From: Oopsacas minuta
Lineage: Eukaryota > Animalia > Porifera
DNA: 64,000 bases
NCBI GenBank assembly: GCA_024704765.1
Contig: JAKMXF010000302.1
Coordinates: 124,001-188,000, forward strand
Direction: 5' to 3'
A program made the translations under genes and the position numbers. This document shows, one piece after another, positions 60,456-64,000 of this stretch. The notes under the pieces were generated by a model. It did not search any database. It was not told the DNA's origin and was given only the letters and a program-made list of their open reading frames with translations. Each line of letters begins with the position of its first letter. Within the stretch, counting starts at the first letter, position 1.

Positions 60456-61139
60456 AAGCTCACAATGACATTATGATATATTAGAAAACGCCCACAGTTA
60501 GCTAATTAGAAAGCTCAAGGTGCATTCACCCATGCTCCTATCTACTAAATGAGCACCTGAGCAATTTATAAAATTACATCTTCTCAAACTGAGTAATTAG
60601 ATAATTACTATATTGCTCATAGCTATGTACTCTGGTTCTTAGTGCATCACAACAATGTAATTGTTTTGCACTTCAAGAACCAACTAACTCTCCGTTATAT
60701 TTTTGTGATAGTATAGATTTTCTTTATTTCTCTTGATTTGTTTACTACAATCAAGAACTTCATAATTGTTAGTGTATATTTTTGTCTCTAGGATACTTTC
60801 GTATATTTTTGTGTGGGTTTTGTTTTCTAGTTATCTCAATTACATTCAATTATGTCTAACTCTAGTTATATGCAACGGGGGCTTTGGGGAGGGTTAATTC
60901 TACTTCAAACATCAGTTGCCTACATTGAATATTTTACAATAAAATGTTGATTATTCATGTGTCTAAGTTTAGCGAGCTCTCAACCTCATTGAGGGCAACA
61001 AGTTACCTATTTACTTGCTATCTTCCTACTCTCTGTACTTAGCATTACTTTGACAAAACTTTCTCATCAATACAATAATTATAAGCTATCAACTAATGTT
61101 TCATATAGAGTTCTATTAATCAACTAAAATTTTCTTATT

Positions 61140-63311
61140 CTAAGAAATCGTGCTGATATCTATATGTAGCTGTTCTAATTTCCTCTTCGCATCTTTATGA
61201 GAGTGTCCAAATGTTAATAACTTTGATTGGATCTGATCAAATTGAGTCCTTCCCACCATTCGGGAGGAACTCTTTCGTCTGTTGGCGCCTATAAAATTAG
61301 GATTATCAACTTTGTTCCTTATCTGTAAGATCCTATTGTTGAGTAATGGGATCTTATTGTCTAACTCTCTAAGCGTTTCTTGGTATTTCTTCTCTTCTTT
61401 AGATAGACTAGGGTTTAGCTGTAGGAGCTGTTGCATTACTCTGTGTACTCTATCCAAATTAGAAGCATATTTAGCGTGTGCTAGAGATATCTTATCCTGT
61501 ATCTCTTTAGAGTTAACTTTTAAAGAATGCAAATCATTTCGAGTTAGGGAAATTGCATTTTCGAGAGCTCGTTTGCTGTTTAGGAGAGAATCTGCTTTGT
61601 GTAGAACTTCATCTAGTGCTTTGTATTGAGCTAGTTTAACTTGTTGTCTCAATAAATCAGTGCTATTTATTAGCAAACTATACAATTCCTCTTGAGTAAC
61701 GTCTTCATGAGGCTGGTTCTTTAGTATAGGGAGAGGATCAGCTGATTTTAGAGTTATTTTTATAGAGTCAGTTAGTTGTACTCTTTGAGAAATTGATGAA
61801 GCGAGGGAAGTATTAGCTGCTAGTGGCATGGTAGCTATTCGGTTGATAGGTGGTAGATGTTTTGATAGAGAATTTCCGTCTTTGAATGTGAATAGTAGAA
61901 CTGGAGGTCCTAACGTAACCAGTGATACAAGGATCAGTCCGTACAGCTGATTAGATTCAGTGTGTAGCAATAACTCAACTTCTATACTACTCATTGAGTC
62001 GTTTTGTGAGAGAAGAGATAGGTCGTAACCTAGCTCATCTTGTTTACAATATGCATTCATTAGTTCTAAAGAAGGTAGCGATACATTATATACACCATTC
62101 TCACAGTACAGAATGTATCTGTAAGCTGAATTAGGATCTGTTATAATGTATGGAGGATTAGTGAATATATTCACAGTATTTTTAGTTGACTTATCTTCAG
62201 GATTTAAGTCTACAACCTCTAGAAGGAATATTATATCATCAGGTGATTTCTCAGGGAGAGAGGTTGATGTTTGTGTGGGAGGAGTATTGAGGTGTACACA
62301 GTGATATAACTTCCCTGGTGCAGTTACAATTACAAAACTAGGAACAGCTGATCGTAAACAGGCTATTTTGCATGGTTCATCCTCGTAGGATTCTGGAGGT
62401 GATGGGTGTATTGGTAACGCATCTGAGTATGTAATCCCATCTCCTCTACCCATATCGATCTGACTTAAGTCCATAGATATGAAGTGTACATCTCCATTCC
62501 CTAATAGGAGATAGAGTGACAGCCATTGACCTCCTGGTGTCTTACCAGAGCTAGGTATAGTGAAGTCAAATGATACAGGTTCATCACCCATAGCGTGAGA
62601 TAGGGATATCGTAGTGGAGATTCCGGAGTTTGGGTTAGGGTTCAAGTTGTACATGCTGAGAGGTTCTAGAGTGTCTGTGGGTGAGAAAATCCGCAGATAA
62701 CCGTCAGAGCAAAGTGTGAAAATAAGCATCGCTGAGAGTTCCACAGGAGAAAAGTGCACTTCCTTGATGTCTACCTTCCTACCCCTTGGCTTATCAGTAT
62801 ATACTTGAATTTGATTACAACGTATAGTGGTTGAGAGAGGCTTAGTTAGATGATGAGAATAGGTACGAGCATCATAGATAAACTTAGGTAGACTGAGGAG
62901 ATAAGCAGAATCCTTAGAGACTAGAATACAGAGAGATCCGTCTGGGGATAGAATTAGTTGAATGATCGTGGTTTGAGGTTCTGGAGAGAGACGGAGTATA
63001 GGCCAGTTTGGAGGAGATAAGATGTCTATTGTGACTAGTGAGACTGCATTAATCTCACGCTTAGAAGGGAACCACAGTAATAGGATTCCTTTACAAGAAG
63101 CTGTGAGATTGAGTATAGATGGTGCACATTGACTTTCCGAAGTAGTTGGTAGTATCGAGTATTTGAGAGAATTAAATATTTCATGACTTGATAGCTTGTC
63201 AGTCCAAGAAGAGAAATCGGACTCTGAAATACTCGAACGAACAGAACGCTGGAACATATCTCCTGATGGAGTATTGAGGCTGTTAATAGGTGCAGTCAGA
63301 GAGTCAGACAT
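61140..63311 (-). CDS. NUP88: Nucleoporin NUP88, intronless
   Basis: Beta-propeller-like N-terminal region (LRIFSP, FDF, LYLLLGNGDV, KLYHCVHL, DPNSAYRYILYCENGVY) followed by a C-terminal coiled coil. Diverged; the match is from memory. Confidence 0.75.
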   Translation of the reverse strand: MSDSLTAPINSLNTPSGDMFQRSVRSSISESDFSSWTDKLSSHEIFNSLKYSILPTTSESQCAPSILNLTASCKGILLLWFPSKREINAVSLVTIDILSPPNWPILRLSPEPQTTIIQLILSPDGSLCILVSKDSAYLLSLPKFIYDARTYSHHLTKPLSTTIRCNQIQVYTDKPRGRKVDIKEVHFSPVELSAMLIFTLCSDGYLRIFSPTDTLEPLSMYNLNPNPNSGISTTISLSHAMGDEPVSFDFTIPSSGKTPGGQWLSLYLLLGNGDVHFISMDLSQIDMGRGDGITYSDALPIHPSPPESYEDEPCKIACLRSAVPSFVIVTAPGKLYHCVHLNTPPTQTSTSLPEKSPDDIIFLLEVVDLNPEDKSTKNTVNIFTNPPYIITDPNSAYRYILYCENGVYNVSLPSLELMNAYCKQDELGYDLSLLSQNDSMSSIEVELLLHTESNQLYGLILVSLVTLGPPVLLFTFKDGNSLSKHLPPINRIATMPLAANTSLASSISQRVQLTDSIKITLKSADPLPILKNQPHEDVTQEELYSLLINSTDLLRQQVKLAQYKALDEVLHKADSLLNSKRALENAISLTRNDLHSLKVNSKEIQDKISLAHAKYASNLDRVHRVMQQLLQLNPSLSKEEKKYQETLRELDNKIPLLNNRILQIRNKVDNPNFIGANRRKSSSRMVGRTQFDQIQSKLLTFGHSHKDAKRKLEQLHIDISTIS

Positions 63312-63413
63312 AACCTATGAATATATCTAACAAATTTTAAAATTAGTTAATTAATATTTCGGTTCAGTTCTTAGTGAATACATTATTTTATTACTGAAAT
63401 AAATTTAATTCTT

Positions 63414-63749
63414 TTATTCTCTAATTACAAATACTTGATCTATATATCTTTCTGGGACTATAAGGATGGAATGTTTTCGTTTCTTTTTAGAATCTCCTAG
63501 CTGGTCTATACTCTGATACTCATCGCACTTCTCTAGAATTATGTTTAGAGCATTGTCTGTACAATGGAACTTCCCCTTCAATACCCTACCATCTTTAGCT
63601 AGTATAACCATCTTCTTGCTGAGTAGTGACCTTATGTAATCACGCCCTGTAAGTGGTTTAGAAATATGTTCTGTTTTATCATCTGTACTATTGGTGGTAG
63701 TAGTATCAGTGGTATTTGTCCCTACTATGTGCTCGTCTTGATTGCTCAT
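63414..63749 (-). CDS. NAA38: Sm-domain NatC auxiliary subunit (NAA38/LSMD1)
   Basis: SLLSKKMVILAKDGRVLKGKFHCTDNALNIILEKCDEY. The CTD motif in Sm1 is characteristic of NAA38/Mak31. Confidence 0.8.
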   Translation of the reverse strand: MSNQDEHIVGTNTTDTTTTNSTDDKTEHISKPLTGRDYIRSLLSKKMVILAKDGRVLKGKFHCTDNALNIILEKCDEYQSIDQLGDSKKKRKHSILIVPERYIDQVFVIRE

Positions 63750-63839
63750 TGCTAATTGTAAATAAAAATATACAAATTTAATAATACCTATCTTATATAT
63801 GTAAGTTATACGTTCATGAGCTATCTACAGTACAATTGA

Positions 63840-64000
63840 ATGAGTATATACGAAGAGAGTGCTTTAGAGATCCAGCTTACAGCAGAACTCCTGCTACTGA
63901 GAGGAGGGAAGAGAGCAGAGCTTCTCGGGCCAGTAGCATCAGTATTCAGCTCTCTATCCAGGTGTCTGGACAGCGCTATAGCTAACAGCAAGACTCTACT
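63840..64000 (+). CDS. Possible 5' end of the next gene (partial, unidentified)
   Basis: ATG at 63840 is preceded by ctacag 9 nt upstream and the frame is open to the window end (MSIYEESALEIQLTAELLLLRGG...). A minus-strand frame (64000 to stop at 63821) is also open, so the strand is uncertain. Confidence 0.35.
   Translation, partial: MSIYEESALEIQLTAELLLLRGGKRAELLGPVASVFSSLSRCLDSAIANSKTL

Noticed and set aside
1-64000. Transposons, CRISPR arrays, rRNA or prokaryotic operon signals
   Set aside because: No transposase or reverse-transcriptase ORF, no repeat-spacer array and no rRNA-like sequence was seen. The genes have spliceosomal introns.

Overview
AT-rich, very compact eukaryotic (animal) genomic DNA with short GT-AG introns (mostly about 50-90 nt) and gene spacers of roughly 90-470 nt. 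It looks like a glass-sponge (hexactinellid, e.g. Oopsacas-like) genome, but that assignment is inference. I count about 25 protein genes plus one tRNA. On the + strand, in order: SNX9/18/33-type sorting nexin (5' partial), an acidic ORF with a Ski7/HBS1L-V3-like FDFxxxSPDD motif, selenoprotein MSRB1 (in-frame UGA plus SECIS), MTREX/MTR4, HUWE1, RIOK2, TAF1, PBLD, SDCCAG8, a SENP::SDCCAG8 chimera, SENP6/7, WDR91, a DRAM/TMEM150-like gene, BRPF1, RTF1, POLR2C, an uncharacterised conserved protein, GAS8, BLOC1S1, PRDX5 and vasa/DDX4. NUP88 and NAA38 follow on the - strand. HUWE1 hosts three nested genes in its long introns: antisense GATB, tRNA-Ser(CGA) and same-strand ABHD16A. The strongest window-wide signal is 21 consecutive co-oriented genes over 60 kb. 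Nearly all have a splice-acceptor-like YAG a few bases before the ATG, as expected for polycistronic transcription resolved by spliced-leader trans-splicing. The second standout is an intact, diverged chimeric gene lying exactly between its two parent genes. Gene names come from recalled motif similarity, not database searches, and identities were counted by hand.
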